From Leucoraja erinacea (lineage: Eukaryota): DNA of 64,000 bases. The stretch spans positions 48,050,001-48,114,000 of the forward strand of contig NC_073384.1 in NCBI RefSeq assembly GCF_028641065.1, written 5' to 3'. Of the stretch, positions 36,296 through 49,220 are shown in pieces; within the stretch, counting starts at the first letter, position 1, and each line of letters starts with the position of its first letter. The notes below the pieces were generated by a model that worked only from the letters and a program-made list of their open reading frames with translations, did no database searches and was not told the DNA's origin. Position numbers and translations under genes: made by a program.

Positions 36296-37970
36296 GCTGT
36301 TATAGGATTTGACTGTTATAAGGAGTATTCCAATAACGATGAGAAGTGAATGTACTCAATTGTGTGTAAACCCACCTGATAATGTCAAAGCTAAAATATA
36401 TATTGCATTCCCTGGCAAATCAGCTCTGTGTATTGGACCTTTGCATCCTTTTTCCAAATGAACCCTATTTTAACAATTTAAATAATGTACAATCACATTA
36501 ACAATCAATGCACAGAGGTGGTGGTTATGTTATAGGAATAAATTGTTTAAAAAAACGCATCAAACCAGGACGGTTGGCATGAGTTTGTTGAATGAAAGTT
36601 ATATGAACCTGACTTGATTGAAATGTTTGAGAAGTGAATTTACGAAATGGAAGCAGACCCCGAGTCCTTGAGCCTTCTCTACCATTTGATAAGAGCATGC
36701 GTGATCTAATTACGGTCAGGGCTGCATTTTCCTGTCTGTATCCCATAAACCTTGACACCAATAGACCAAATATCTGACCTCTCTGCTTTCATTATATTCA
36801 TCGATTTGAGGAAGGGAAATATTTTTGAGGGGGCACCAAGAGAGCTGAATATCCTTGAGAACACATTAAAAAGGATTAATGATTGGTGCAGAGGGTTTTT
36901 TTTAGAGCGTTACGGCGCGGAAACCATGCCGACCAGTGGCCCTCATACACTCGCACTATCCTACATTAGGGACAATTTACATTCTTTACCAAATACAATT
37001 AACCTACAAACCTGCACATCTTTGGAGTAGAAACATAGAAAATAGGTGCAGGAGTAGGCCATTCGGCCCTTCGAGCCAGCACCGGCATTCAATATGATCA
37101 TGGCTGATCATCCAAAAGCAGTACCCCGTTTTTTCCCCATATTCCTTGATTCCTTTGTTAGAGTATGAGAGGAAACCCATGCGGTAATGGGAGGAAACCG
37201 GAGCACCCAGGGAGAAAACCCATGCGGTAATGGGAAGATCGTACAAACTCCATACAGACAGCATCCGTGGTCAGGATCAAACCCGGGTCTCTGGCGCTGT
37301 GAGACAGCAACTCTAACCCTATGCCACCCTTATGTAATCCACCATATAATCCACTCCATGGAGTGAAGATGATTGGACTTTATTGCCTTCCATCACAGTG
37401 AGGAATGTGGGGAATCGGCTGTGGTGGATGTTTATGTTAACTTGTACGTAGTTTGTGTGTTTTGTAGCATTTTATAATATGACTGTATGGTAAATCGCGT
37501 TTCACTGTACCTTAATTGGTACACGTGAGTATAAAATACCCTTTGAACCCCCTTTGGATTTTGCCAAGAAATTTGAAGAAGTCTCGTGTATAGGAAGGAA
37601 CTGGTTTAAACCGAAGATAGACACAAACTGGGGGACAGGCAGCATCACGGGATGGAAGGAATGGGTGAAGTTTTGGGTAGAGACTCCTCTTCATACTGAG
37701 GAAGGGTTTCGACCTGAAAAGTCACCCATTCCTTCTATCCAGATATGCTGCCTGTCCTGCTGAATTAGTCCAGCATTTTGTGGATGTAGTCGACCAAACG
37801 GCGTGTTTTTATGCTGTATATCTTTGACTCTATAATTGTGAAGCTTCCAGGTGATATATAAATTGTTTGATGGTGACCAAAATAACATTGGACTTCAAGT
37901 AGACAATAGAAGATAGACACAACAAGCTGGAGTAACCCAGCGGGACAGGCAGCATCTCTGGAGAGAAGGA

Positions 37971-38010
37971 ATGGGTGACGTTTCGGGTCGAGACCCTTCT
38001 TCAGACCAAT
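37971..38010 (-). ncRNA. Minimal type-I hammerhead ribozyme motif (Penelope-associated)
   Basis: Minus strand ATTGGT-CTGAAGA-A-GGGT(CTCG)ACCC-GAAA-CGTC-ACCCAT: CUGANGA and GAAA boxes, stem II, palindromic ACGU stem III, GUC cleavage triplet, 5/6-bp stem I. Confidence 0.6.
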
Positions 38011-38460
38011 ACAATGTTCAACTTGACCGATGAGCAGAACAGTTGAAGACCAAGCTTGATTTCCTTGTTCTTTTATTCTGTGCCTCACCCAATGGAGGCT
38101 AGTCCTCTGTATGCCACCTTAACCTCGTCTCATTATTGCCAGTGCTGCTATCTTCAGAGATCTGTTCACACGCATTCCAAGATTTGTTTATACCTCGATA
38201 CCTTTCGATATACTGTCTTGTTTTGTAAATTTACTTTTCTTGTTTGCCCTCCTCTAAATGCAACACTCACCTTTTCTGGGATTAAGTTCCATTTGCTGCC
38301 TTCATGCCCACAATTGTTCACATATATCTTCCTGCAACCTTCAATGTTCTTTCGTGCAGTCAACCGCAATTCTAATTTTGCGATCATGGACAAATTTCTG
38401 AATCACGATTGTACATTTAATTCACCATCATTCATCTATGTCACAAAATGAATGGAACCT

Positions 38461-38904
38461 CATCATCGTCGGCTGTCACTCGAAACGAGTATGACTGTCC
38501 TCTCATCTCCATAGGGTTGTTATGGTGGATTCCCTATATGGAGAACGCCTGTGTGTGACTTTTAAACGTGGGGAGACTGGTGCACTGACATCCACCACAC
38601 GGTTCTTGACAGATCTGGGTCAGATTCCAGTGGCACGGAGTCCAAGACGACTGGAGACCCTTTTCTGATGCAGCCTTCATCTGCCTTCCCAACCATTGTG
38701 ACACTCCACTAAAGTGTGCCATCATCCTCCGCCTGTTCCACCGTTGAGGTCTTGGTTGGATTGCTCTTTGTCAGAGACCTCCCCCTCGACCTTATCGCCA
38801 TGGGTGGCCCTACCAGGAGCATAGCTCCAGACGGCATCGCTCTCATGATCTCAGGACTACACAAGCTTCTCCACCACAACATGGTGACAATCCACGGAGA
38901 AGGG
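38461..38904 (-). mobile_element. RTE-derived non-autonomous element
   Basis: Minus strand starts with an RTE/Expander-like 5' UTR (TGTCACC.TG.TGTGGTGGAG...CCTGGTAGGG.CACCCATGGC...GACAAAGAGCA) and ends in (GAT)n; TSD ATGGAAC(C/T)T. Confidence 0.65.
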
Positions 38905-39083
38905 ATGGAACTTAATACTGTCCCGTAGAAGCCTACTGCAAATATCCTTGCAGTCGTTAGAATTCCAGGCAATTATTGGCCTTTGCTCGTGATCTGATCC
39001 AATTTTCATTCCAATCTGCCATGTGGAACTTCGTCAAGTTCCTCATTAGCATTCATGTGGACCACATCAATTTCACTATTTAC

Positions 39084-39377
39084 TTTAGTTGCTTTAGACA
39101 TAAAAAGCGTGAAATCAGGCCCTTCTGCCTACTGAGTCTGTGCCGACCAGTGATCACTCCATACTCTAGCACTATCCTACACAGTAGAGACAATTTACAA
39201 TTAAAGGAAGTTAATTAACCTACAAACCTGTACGTCTTTGGCATGTGGAAGGTAACTGGAGCACCCGGAGAAAACCCACGCAGGTCACGGGGAGAACGTA
39301 CAGCCAACACTCATAGTCGGGATCAAACGCACGTCTCTGGCACTGTAAGGCTTACCGCTGCGCCACTGTGCTGCCCG
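39084..39377 (-). mobile_element. HE1/V-SINE-type SINE
   Basis: Reverse-complement consensus. Confidence 0.8.
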
Positions 39378-41109
39378 TATTTTAAAATTTGGACTTTAAT
39401 TATCTCTATTTTTATTCTACATTGCTACATCAGCAGTTTTCCAGTGTTCTGTCTTTATGCCAGCGGGCAAAGGGGAGTGGAAAATAACGGTCAGCTGTTT
39501 CCTCCTTTTATTCTTTTACGAATGTGAGATGCATTTATCTGGTTATCTAATTTTAAAATATGGTAGACTCCTTAATGTGACCTCTCTTTCTGGGGTTATC
39601 ATCTGTAATATTTCATATTCCTCCTCTTCCTCCTCCTCAATGTCAATCCCAGTATGGTTCTACTCCTCCACAAGGACAGCAATAAAGTATTTATTTGGGA
39701 CACACTTTAATCTCTACAATAACGTAATCTTTCCTTGTCTTCTAATGCACTGCAGGATGCCATTTGACATATTGGGTCCATGTTAGTTTCCAGGAAGGCA
39801 ATGCCATTAGTGCCATTGCCCCTCTCCTTTTCACCATATATTTTTGCAACACATGCACAGTCACCACTTGCCCTAATACTCCCTCTTGATTCTAATGAAT
39901 CTTTTTTGCAGTTATCTCACATTAGGGACAAGTTAAAGTTGGCAATTAAGCTCTAAGGATGCCTTTGGGACGTGGGAGGAAACCCAAGCATTTTTGGGGA
40001 GAATGTGTTAACTGTACACAGATGGCAGCAGAGACCGGGATTGAACCCATGCCCTGAGGGCATTGAGGCAGCAGACTAATGGCTGTGGATCCATCATCAC
40101 CAAATCATTTTCTTATGTATTTATGCAGCAGGTTATTCTATTTCCTATGATTTTATCTTAAGTTCTTTATTATGTATTGTCTTTCCTCCCTAATTTTTTT
40201 ATTCTTGCTCTACCTTTGATACTCCTCGAGGCGCCTGCTATGATGAACTTATTAGTAAATTTGTAAAATACTGCTTCCTTCCTGCTTTATTCTATTCAGC
40301 GTGTCTTTCTTATGCAGGGGTCTAGCTATGTTCTCCCCTTTATTTATAGTGAACATGTTTGATCTAAAATCTCACAATATTCTTCTTGAAGTCGTCTTGG
40401 TATTGGTGTTGTTTATTACTGGTGTGTGTATTGAGATAAAGTGAAATGCATTATTTGCATGCTATGCAGACAATCGTAACAGAATCAAGGGATATGGGGA
40501 GAAAGCAGGAACAGGGATTTTGGATGATCAGCCATGATCATATTGAATGGCAGTGCTGGCTCGAAGGGCTGAGTGGCCTACTCCTGCACCTATTTTTTAT
40601 GCTTTTATACTAGAGCACAATTAATCCATATACAAATTCAACAGGTACTTCAAAGAGAAAAATACTGGAGGGCAGAACCTAGTGGTGCAACATAATAGCA
40701 TTAAAGTTACAGATAAAAAGTCTGCAATGAGAGGACTAAGGTTTATAGCCTATGGGAGGATCGTTCAGTTGTCTGATAGCAGAGGAGAAGAACCTGTTCT
40801 TAATTGAACATAGAATAGTACAGCATAGGAATAGGCTTTTCGGCCCACAATGTTTGTGCTGAATATGATGCCTGGGTAAACTAATCTCATCTCCCTGCAC
40901 ATGATCCATATCCCTCCATTTTCTGCATATCCATGTGCCTATCTAAAAGCCTCTTAAGTGCCGCTATTCAATCTGCCTCCACCACCACCCTTGGCAGCGC
41001 GTTCCAGATATCCACCAATCTGGTAGTGCATGCTTTCTGACTTTTGTAAGTTCTGCCTGACTGGAGAGGGGAGAAGGAGGAATGGCCGGGGTGAAAATTA
41101 TCCTTGGTT

Positions 41110-41470
41110 ATGTTGAAGAAGGAACTGCAGATGCTGGAACAAACCTTTCTGTCCTGGGCCTCCTCCATGGCCAGAGTGAGTCCCACCGTAAATTGGAGGA
41201 GCAGCATCTCATATTTCGCTTGGGTAGTTTACACCCCAGCGGTATGAACATTGACTTCTCCAATTTCAGGTGGTCCTTGCTTTCTCCCTCTTTCCCCTCC
41301 CCTTCCCAGCTCTCCCACAGCCAACTGTCTCCACCTCTTCCTTTCTTCTTCTCGCCCCTCCCAACCCCTCATCAGTCTGAAGAATGGTCTCGACCCGAAA
41401 CGTCACCCATTCCTTCGCCCCATAGATGCTGCCTCACCCGCTGAGTTTCTCCAGCATTTTTGTCCACCAT
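41110..41470 (+). mobile_element. Penelope-like 3' fragment nested in a Rex/Babar fragment
   Basis: LSVLGLLH.QSE.HRKLEEQHLIFRLGSLHPSGMNIDFSNF (PLE endonuclease C-terminus), then CTGAAGAATGGTCTCGACCCGAAACGTC. Confidence 0.85.
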
Positions 41471-41575
41471 TGGTTATGTTGGCTGCTTTTCCAAGGCAGT
41501 GTGAAGTGTAGCTGGAGTTGATGTTGGGGAGGCTGGTCTGTGTGATGCACTGGGCTGCATCCATAACTATGTACA

Positions 41576-41868
41576 GTTTAGCTTAGAGATACAGTGCGGA
41601 AACGGGTCCTTCAGCACACCAGGTCTGTGCCGACCAGCAATCCCTGCATGTTAACACTATCCTACAAAACACTAGGAACAATTTACAATTTTACCAAGCC
41701 AATTGGCCTACAAACCCTGTCTTTGGCGCGTGGGAGGAAACCGGAGCACCCGGAGAAAACACACGTAAGTCACAAGGAGAACATACAAACTCGATACAGG
41801 CAACACCCGTTGTCATGATGGTACCCTGGTCTTTGGCGCTGTAAGGCAGCAACTCTACCACTGCGCTT
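41576..41868 (-). mobile_element. HE1/V-SINE-type SINE
   Basis: Reverse-complement consensus. Confidence 0.8.
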
Positions 41869-42333
41869 TCTTGAGCACTTGGACAGAGCTCTTGCCAAAC
41901 CAAGCTGTAATAATCGCAATAGGATGCGTCATACGAAGTTGGTAAGAGTCATTGGAGACCCGCCAAACTTCCTTATTCTCCTGAGGAAGTAGAGGTGTCT
42001 GTGTGTGTTCTTGGCCATAGCTTCAATGTGGTTGATCTGGGACAAGTCGTTGGTGATATTTACGCTTAGGAACTTAAGGCTCTCAACTTGCAGCTGTGAC
42101 ACTAATTTTCCTTGAAGTAGCTGCTTCCATTTCAGCTTTAAGTCATTCTGCAACTAGGTTTATTTATCGCTCTCTGTCCTTCCGTAATTATGTTACATGT
42201 CACATAATTATTATCATTGCCTCTGAATTCCTGCCTGTTGCTACCTCTCCACTTGTCAGGTTTAAACCCCTAAAACCATGGCCAGCGCCATCTCCTGGCA
42301 TGAGTGATTTTTAAATAAAGTTCACTTACAGAA

Positions 42334-42616
42334 TTTAGTTAGAGATACAGCGTGGAAACAGCCCTTTGGCCCTCTGTGTCCGTGCCGACCAGCGACCACC
42401 CAGCACACGAGCACTACCCTACATACTCGGAATAATGTTACAATTTTACCGAAGCCAATTAACCTACAAACCTGTACGTGTTTGGAGTGTGGGAGAAAAC
42501 CCATGCAGGCCATGGAGAGATAGTACAAACTCCGTACAGACACCACCTGTAGTCGGGATCCAACCCGGTCTCCGGCGCTGTCAGGCAGCAACTCTACCAC
42601 GGCGCCACCGTGCCGC
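42334..42616 (-). mobile_element. HE1/V-SINE-type SINE
   Basis: Reverse-complement consensus ending GCGCCACCGTGCCGC. Confidence 0.83.
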
Positions 42617-43797
42617 AATAGTAAAGAATTCTACACATTCTGTACCTCTTTCTCCCCTATAGTCACCATTTGTCTTTACATCATTGAAATCTCAATTATT
42701 ACCATGTTCTTTTTTTCATTGCTCATAAATCTGCCTACACATTGCACTTCTATCTTCTCCTGACTTTTTGGAACTCGCTGTAAAACACCAGGCAGTGATT
42801 CTAACTTTTTTTTGGATTTTTTTAGTTCAATTCCTATCCTCACCGTCTGTTGGTTTCCTTAACCAATCTTGTACTCTTGTTCTCTTCCTCTTTACCTTAC
42901 CCCAAATCTTGTTTAGAAATCAAGGACTTTTCAAATTGTAGAAAATTCACGACATTGCGAAAGCCAATGAAGTGGTACCCGATCTATTGCCATCGTCCAG
43001 CACAAGATTGTAGCCTGGCAGGCCGTGGCCTTTCATGCACTGTACAGGCAATTTGACATTCTGTGAGGTTTCTTGCCTTTTCCACCTTTTCGGGCATGGA
43101 GCTCCGTTCCTTTATCATTCTCCATGAGAAATATATTTCTTCATCTCCCCCTGTAATTCTTTAAATAATTCTCTCTGCCTGGTTTTCGTCTCTTGGTTCT
43201 CGTGTACTCTGGTTCAGCCCCGCACAATGATACACATCTCAGCAAATTCTTTGTAACTCAAAGAAAGTAGAGGCAATGGTGTGCTGCCCTTACAATGACA
43301 TATATATCTGGGCCTAGGTCAGGTCCAGGAATTTGAAGGTGTTGACACTCTCCACCGCCGACCCATTAATAAAAACTGGCTAACATGGTCTCCTGGCCTC
43401 CCTGCTCTGAAGCCGTGAGATCCTCGGTTTTGTTGATGTTGAGTAAGAGGTTGTTGTTGCGGTACGTTGAATGGGCCTCCTGTACGTTCACCAGATTAAT
43501 CTGGCATGGGTTCAGTGGCAACTCCCTAGCTGGGCTGTGATGGGCTGCCCGCCAGAAGTCCCCATTTGGGGAATTGCTCAGTTGTGGCTATGTTCCTGAG
43601 CAGATTGTAGTGGAAAAATTGCCCCATTATTAAAGCTTAGATTTAAATTAACTAAAATGGCACTTGGGCAGAGGCCAGGAAAATGGAAATTAGCTCAGGT
43701 CATTTGCACCATTCTAGTTGCAAGCATATTGGCCAAGTGCATGCCTACTGAACTAACTTTAACAAACCTGGAATATGGGAAAGCAGAATTTTCATTT

Positions 43798-44300
43798 GGG
43801 GCAGCAGGGTGGTGATAGTGGAAGTGTTGCTGCCTTGCAGCGCCATAGACCCGGGATTGATCCTGACTATGGGTGCTGTCTGTACAGAGCTAGTACATTC
43901 TCCCCATGACCGCCTGGGTTTTTCCCGGTTGTTCCAGTTGCCTCCCGCACTCAAAGACGTGTAGATTTGTAGGTTAATTGGCTTTGCTAAAAATTGTAAA
44001 TCGTTCCTAGCGTATGGTGTGTGCCAGTGTAACGGGGATCGCTTCTTTCATGTTCATCTTCCATGTTTCAATGTTGACATCACTGTCATCGACCATCCTG
44101 AAAAGGACGCAAGCTTCCGGCGACAATCAGTGGGAGCCATCACTTGTTGCAAGAGATGATGGCGGTAGCAGAATTAGCTCGGGACACTTCCAGTTTCCAG
44201 TCCCACGACTTGGACGCTTCTGCTATGGGGATCATTGGCCGGCGCAGACTCAGTGAGCCGATAGGCTTGTGTCCACACTGTATCTCTAAACTAAACTAAA
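43798..44300 (+). mobile_element. HE1/V-SINE-type SINE with a 184-bp insert
   Basis: Head, V-domain and (TAAAC)n tail present; foreign sequence at 44041-44224. Confidence 0.8.
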
Positions 44301-46214
44301 TTAATTAATAGTATCAGAATCGGGCTCCTTCGTGCTCTTGGGCTTTGTGTTGCTGTGGCGATCGATGGTTACTCTTGTCCCAGAACTGGTTGCCAATAAG
44401 ATAGAAAAGTGGATATAGCAATTAGTGTTTTCAAATGTTTCACCAAATGCCTCTTGCTACTGATAACAGTGATTTTAAAGTTTGAAGGATTAAGTATAAT
44501 TTTGAGAAGTTAGTTAACTATTTTCATTGGCACTTTATTCTCAGTCGGCTGAGGGAAAATACACCAAAGTTCTGCAGCACAAAGTTTTCTTAGCTGAGCC
44601 CATGTCAAATTGTAGGCTGTGAGGTGTATTTTTAAAAAGTCTGGCTGTCCTTTTGTGGAGGGGGATATTTGTGGAAAGGACTCTGTATTAGGAACCAAAT
44701 CAAACAAACCTGCTTTAAAATAAATAACCACGGTTGCCAAAGCACGTTATAATCTAGAAGTTTCCAAAAGACGTGTCTGTTGTGGAGGTAATCTTTCCTT
44801 CATTTGTTTACTAATGAAAAAGAGTCCTGTTTATTTCAAACTTTGATTGATCGAGTTAAGGGAAAACAGCTTGTTAATTTGTGATTTATATGTGGTATTT
44901 TCACTGGACAAATATTGCATTTTATTGCATTTACTGAGCGAAGGCTAAATTTGCCCTTTTTTTTATAATCTGGTATCGTTCAATATAATTTTTAATAGTC
45001 TTGACTGCAGATTTATTTCTGATCACATGTGTTGACTGACTTTGGATTAGTGTCTGAGATCAGAGGCAGGACTTGTGTATACAAATTTTATTTCCAGTAA
45101 ACTGATCTGGACTTTTATTTTAAATATTAGCTAGCAAAACAACAGGTTGCAGCCAGAATCAACACTGCTTTAGACCAAATTCTCTGAAATTTAGACCTGG
45201 TGCTTGTTGAAGCTGAATAATTGGTGGAGTTGATGAACACGCACACACATCACTTCTGGATTCAAATCCAATCTCTATCTTTCGCCAGCTTCAGAGATCC
45301 AAATGGTTTTGGATAGTCATTCTAATTCCTAAATAGCAGGAACCTGCACGGAACAAAAATATACCTAATTTGGCAAAAACTATCGCTAAAGCTGGCAATC
45401 TTACTTGGCACAGAGCAGATGCTTTCATTTATGACCATGACGGTCAAAGGTTCACATTCCTCTTCAGTGTCTTCAGCTCAAATCCATGCTGCTGCTGCAG
45501 GGCACTACCGAGGGAGTGCAGCACAGCTGGAGAAGCTTTTTGAAGATAGAAACATAGAAAAATAGGTGCAGGAGTAGGCCCTTCGAGCCAGCATTGCCAT
45601 TGAATATGATCATGGCTGATCATTTAAAATCAGTACCCCGTTCCTGCTTTCTCCCCATATCCCTCGATTCATTCAGCCCGAAGAGCGAAATCTAACTCTC
45701 TTACAATCATCCACTGAATTGGCCTCCACTGCCTTTTGTGGCAGAAGATAGACAGAAAGTGCTGGAGTAACTCTGCGGGTCAGGCAGCATCTCCAGAGAA
45801 AAAGGGTTGGTGACATTTCAGGCTGAGACCCTGCTTCAGACCGAGAGTAGAGGGGAGGGAACTGGAGGTAAGAAAAGGCCGGAACAAAGCAGGGCTAGCA
45901 ACAGATGACCAAGGAAGGGTGGAGCTCATAATGGCCCATTGTTGCCAGATGCTTTTTGTTTGGATGAACTGTTCAGAGGTGCATTAAAACAATGTAAATA
46001 GTTGTATTTCACCTCATTCCTTCTTATCAAACATCTATTTCGCTAAATCTATGCTGAAATAAATAGGAAGTGACATGTCTTAAATACCTTACATAATGAT
46101 AACATTTGACGTCCTTAATTGTTTTTAAGTCTGTGGAGGTTTAAGGGACATATACCGGAAATGTAGAGGTGAATAAATGTACAAGGATAGCTCTGTACAC
46201 TCGGTAATGTTTAT

Positions 46215-46570
46215 AGAGTATACAGCATGGAAACATGGCCTTCGGCACAACTTGTCCATGCTGTCCAAGTTACCCCACCTAAGCTAATCCGATTTGCCCA
46301 TTTTTGGTCCATACCCCTCTGAGCCTTTCCTATCCATGTACCTGTCTTACACACTGTGCAGGATCGTACCTACCTCCCCTGGCAGTTTGTTCAACATACC
46401 CACCACCCTCTGAATGGAAAAGGTTGCCTCTCAGCTTGCTTTCAAATCTTGCCCCTCTCACATGTCCTCTAGTTCTTTATTCCCATACCTTGAGAAAAAG
46501 ACAGTGCATTCACCATATCTAATCCCCTTATGATTTTATACACCTCTATGAAATCACCCCTCAGCCTCTT
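46215..46570 (-). mobile_element. CR1 3' fragment next to a THADA acceptor
   Basis: Reverse complement of RLRGD.IEVYKI..G.D through the tail. Confidence 0.8.
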
Positions 46571-46598
46571 TGCTTTTATCTTTGCTCTGAACCACTAG

Positions 46599-46690
46599 GT
46601 ACGAAACTCTTCCACGTTGCTGTTCAGTGCGCTAATCACCAGGATATTTGGAGTCAAACGAGGAAAGGATGAACGTTCCAAGAAAAACAG
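46599..46690 (+). CDS. THADA: THADA internal coding exon (92 bp)
   Basis: ccactag|GTA...AACAG|gtacat. VRNSSTLLFSALITRIFGVKRGKDERSKKN(R) continues the W-A-VRNS motif. No further exon recognised before the window end. Confidence 0.95.
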
Positions 46691-47969
46691 GTACATTTTT
46701 TTCCCTTATTTCCTTATGTACTTGTTTGTCATTATGTTGCAGCGGCACCAAACATGGTGAATAAACAGTTGCTTTATTCAGACACAATAGGTTCGAAATA
46801 CATACACGTTTGGTCTAACATATTGTCATTGCTGCTGCAGCTGAGCGAGGGTGTTGTCTTGTGCTCAGCTACCTGTCGACTCATGGTCTCCAGGTGAGAT
46901 CTGCTTATGTACTAGGACACTCCCCTTAACTCGTGATGTCATATGACAGCCCTCATAACCACTCACGAGGGTTCGACCGTAAGTGGACTGACCATCAGCT
47001 GACGCCACAATGTACTTTTGTAAGAAAATGTTTGTTATTTGCAAGAAAATATAAATACAACTGTCCTTGTATGTCAAATAGCTGCCTTGGAAATTCATTG
47101 TGCAAAACTGATTCACTTGGCTGTGTGCACGCATTTTATCCCAGCACTGTGCTGCCTGCCTTACTGTAAATGCCCTTGCACAGGTATCATTGCCAGTTGC
47201 GGTACATGGTTCCATAGGTGGAAAGTGAATTTTGCACAATCTTATCCATTCATCACCTGGTTCTTGAACCCTGAGGGCGGTGATCTCAAATTCATTTGAG
47301 TACAGAGAAAACCGATAAGATGGAATTGCATCTAACGAACAGAACAATAGAGGACAAAGGAAACCAAGGGCACTTCAGCCCTCGGGTCCATTTGATATCC
47401 AGTGTCCTGATTGTCAAATATATTTCCTTATGAAAGTTGGTTTTAAAAGACATATGAAAGGCCTTGGGTTGCAATAAACAAATGTGTTGATGCCCAGAGA
47501 ACTATTATTATCTATGATTGACAAACAATACGTATCTCCCATGTCTGTCAACTATTATTAATATTGTTTCCAGGAGGCATGGTTTTCCTTTCCTTCTGTC
47601 AAAAATGTATGTTGCTTCCCTTTTTGGCGGATTCAGGTTTTTATTTTTGGTGTGTGGATTATCCTCATGATTTAAGCCCCTTCTTTCACTCGGCGTTATT
47701 TCTTATTGCTTTTGTCCCCGTTGCCTACCCACCCTACTTACAACTTCTCTCCATTTTAGCTGTTTTCTCCCCACCCTCCTCTTGCTTTCACCTCTGGCCC
47801 TCTCCTTGTTCTCTTATTTGCCCAGCTCTTCAATGGTTGAGCACTCTGCCCTCTACATATCTCCTCTCCAAATATACAATGCATTGCATTAACTTAATCT
47901 TCAATATAAAGACCTTTTTGTACCGAAAACATCAACTGTCATCTCCTAACAAAGACTAAAATATTGCTG

Positions 47970-48460
47970 TCAGGCAAATCAGCGGGTCAGGCAGCATCTC
48001 TGGTGAATATTACTAGGTGACATTTCGGGTCGGAACTCTTCTTCAGACTGAGACTGAGTCTGAAGAAGGGTCCCGACCCGGAAAATCATCTAGCCATGTT
48101 TTCCGAGATGGTTCCTGACCCGTTGAGTTACTCCAGCACTTTGTCTTTTTTGTAAATCAGCATCTGCTGTTCCTTGTACCTAAATATTATCTCTTTGCAA
48201 TTTTCTGGCACTCAAATCTTGAATTTTTGCAACAATTCGCTGCTTTGTCCCAATTTTGGAAATGACTAGCACTAGTTCTCTGTGTAGGAAAGAACTGCAG
48301 ATGCTGGTTTAAACCGAAGATAGACACAAAAAGCTGGAGTCACTCAGTGGGACAGGCAGCATCCCTGGTGAGAAGGAATGGGTGACGTTTCAGGTCGAGA
48401 CCTTTCTTCAGTCTGAAGGTCTCGACCTGAAACGTCACCCATTCCTTCTCTCCAGTATTA
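47970..48460. mobile_element. Two adjacent palindromic Penelope-derived short elements
   Basis: Inverted arms around CTTCAGAC..GTCTGAAG centres; flanking duplications CTAAA(A)TATT and TAGTTCTC. Confidence 0.75.
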
Positions 48461-48929
48461 GTTCTCAACCTTTGTTAGCCTCTGACAGGGTGAGTATTCT
48501 GATATAGCAGCCTTTCTCTCGTTCTGCAATGTCGATTGGTTTTTTGCTTTGAACAACTAACTAACCAGAAGATGTCGTGCATTGAATGTGCAAAAACCTC
48601 ACTTGCCTTTCTTTGTTCAAGAGGATGCAGTGGCAGATATGAGCCATCAGGTGGTTCTCTAACAACACTTAATAACCTAGCCAGGAACAAAATTGTCAGA
48701 TTGTGTACACGGGTATATTTGACTGACAAGCTGTAGTTTTAACTGAATGGCAAATCCTCTTCCTTTGTTTTTTATTTTTCACCCTTTACTTTTACTACAC
48801 TTGCGATATTCACTTCCATAGATCTCTAATCCAAAACATCCTCATCATTTTTGTCTGTTAGCTGTTATATAGGTTGGGGTCTGGCATGGTTACAGGTTGG
48901 GCAACATTTTCTTTCTGCCACAAAAACGT

Positions 48930-49220
48930 GCAGCACGGTGGCGCAACGGTAGAGATGCTGCCTTATAACACCAGAGAGCCGGGTTCGATCCTGACTATGG
49001 GTGCTGTCTCTACGGAGTTTTTTGGTTTCCCCGTGGCAGCATGGGTTTTTTTCCGGGTGCTCCGAATTCCACCACACTCTAAAGACTCACAAAAATTGTG
49101 AATTGACCCTAGTGTCTAGGGTAGTGTTTGTGTGCGGGGATCGTTGGTCAGCGCGGACCCGGTGGGCCGAAGGGCCTATTTCCACACTGTATCTCTCTAA
49201 ACTAAACTAAACTAAACTAA
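48930..49220 (+). mobile_element. HE1/V-SINE-type SINE
   Basis: GCACGGTGGCGCAACGGTAGAG head, GGTTCGATCC, (TAAAC)n tail. Confidence 0.85.

Noticed and set aside
46597-46604. Recursive-splice AG|GT sites at exon starts (also 14648, 35580)
   Set aside because: Explained by conserved valine codons at phase-0 exon starts; poor donor consensus.
46865-47347. 160-aa minus-strand ORF
   Set aside because: No recognisable motif, non-ATG start, antisense within an intron; probably chance.
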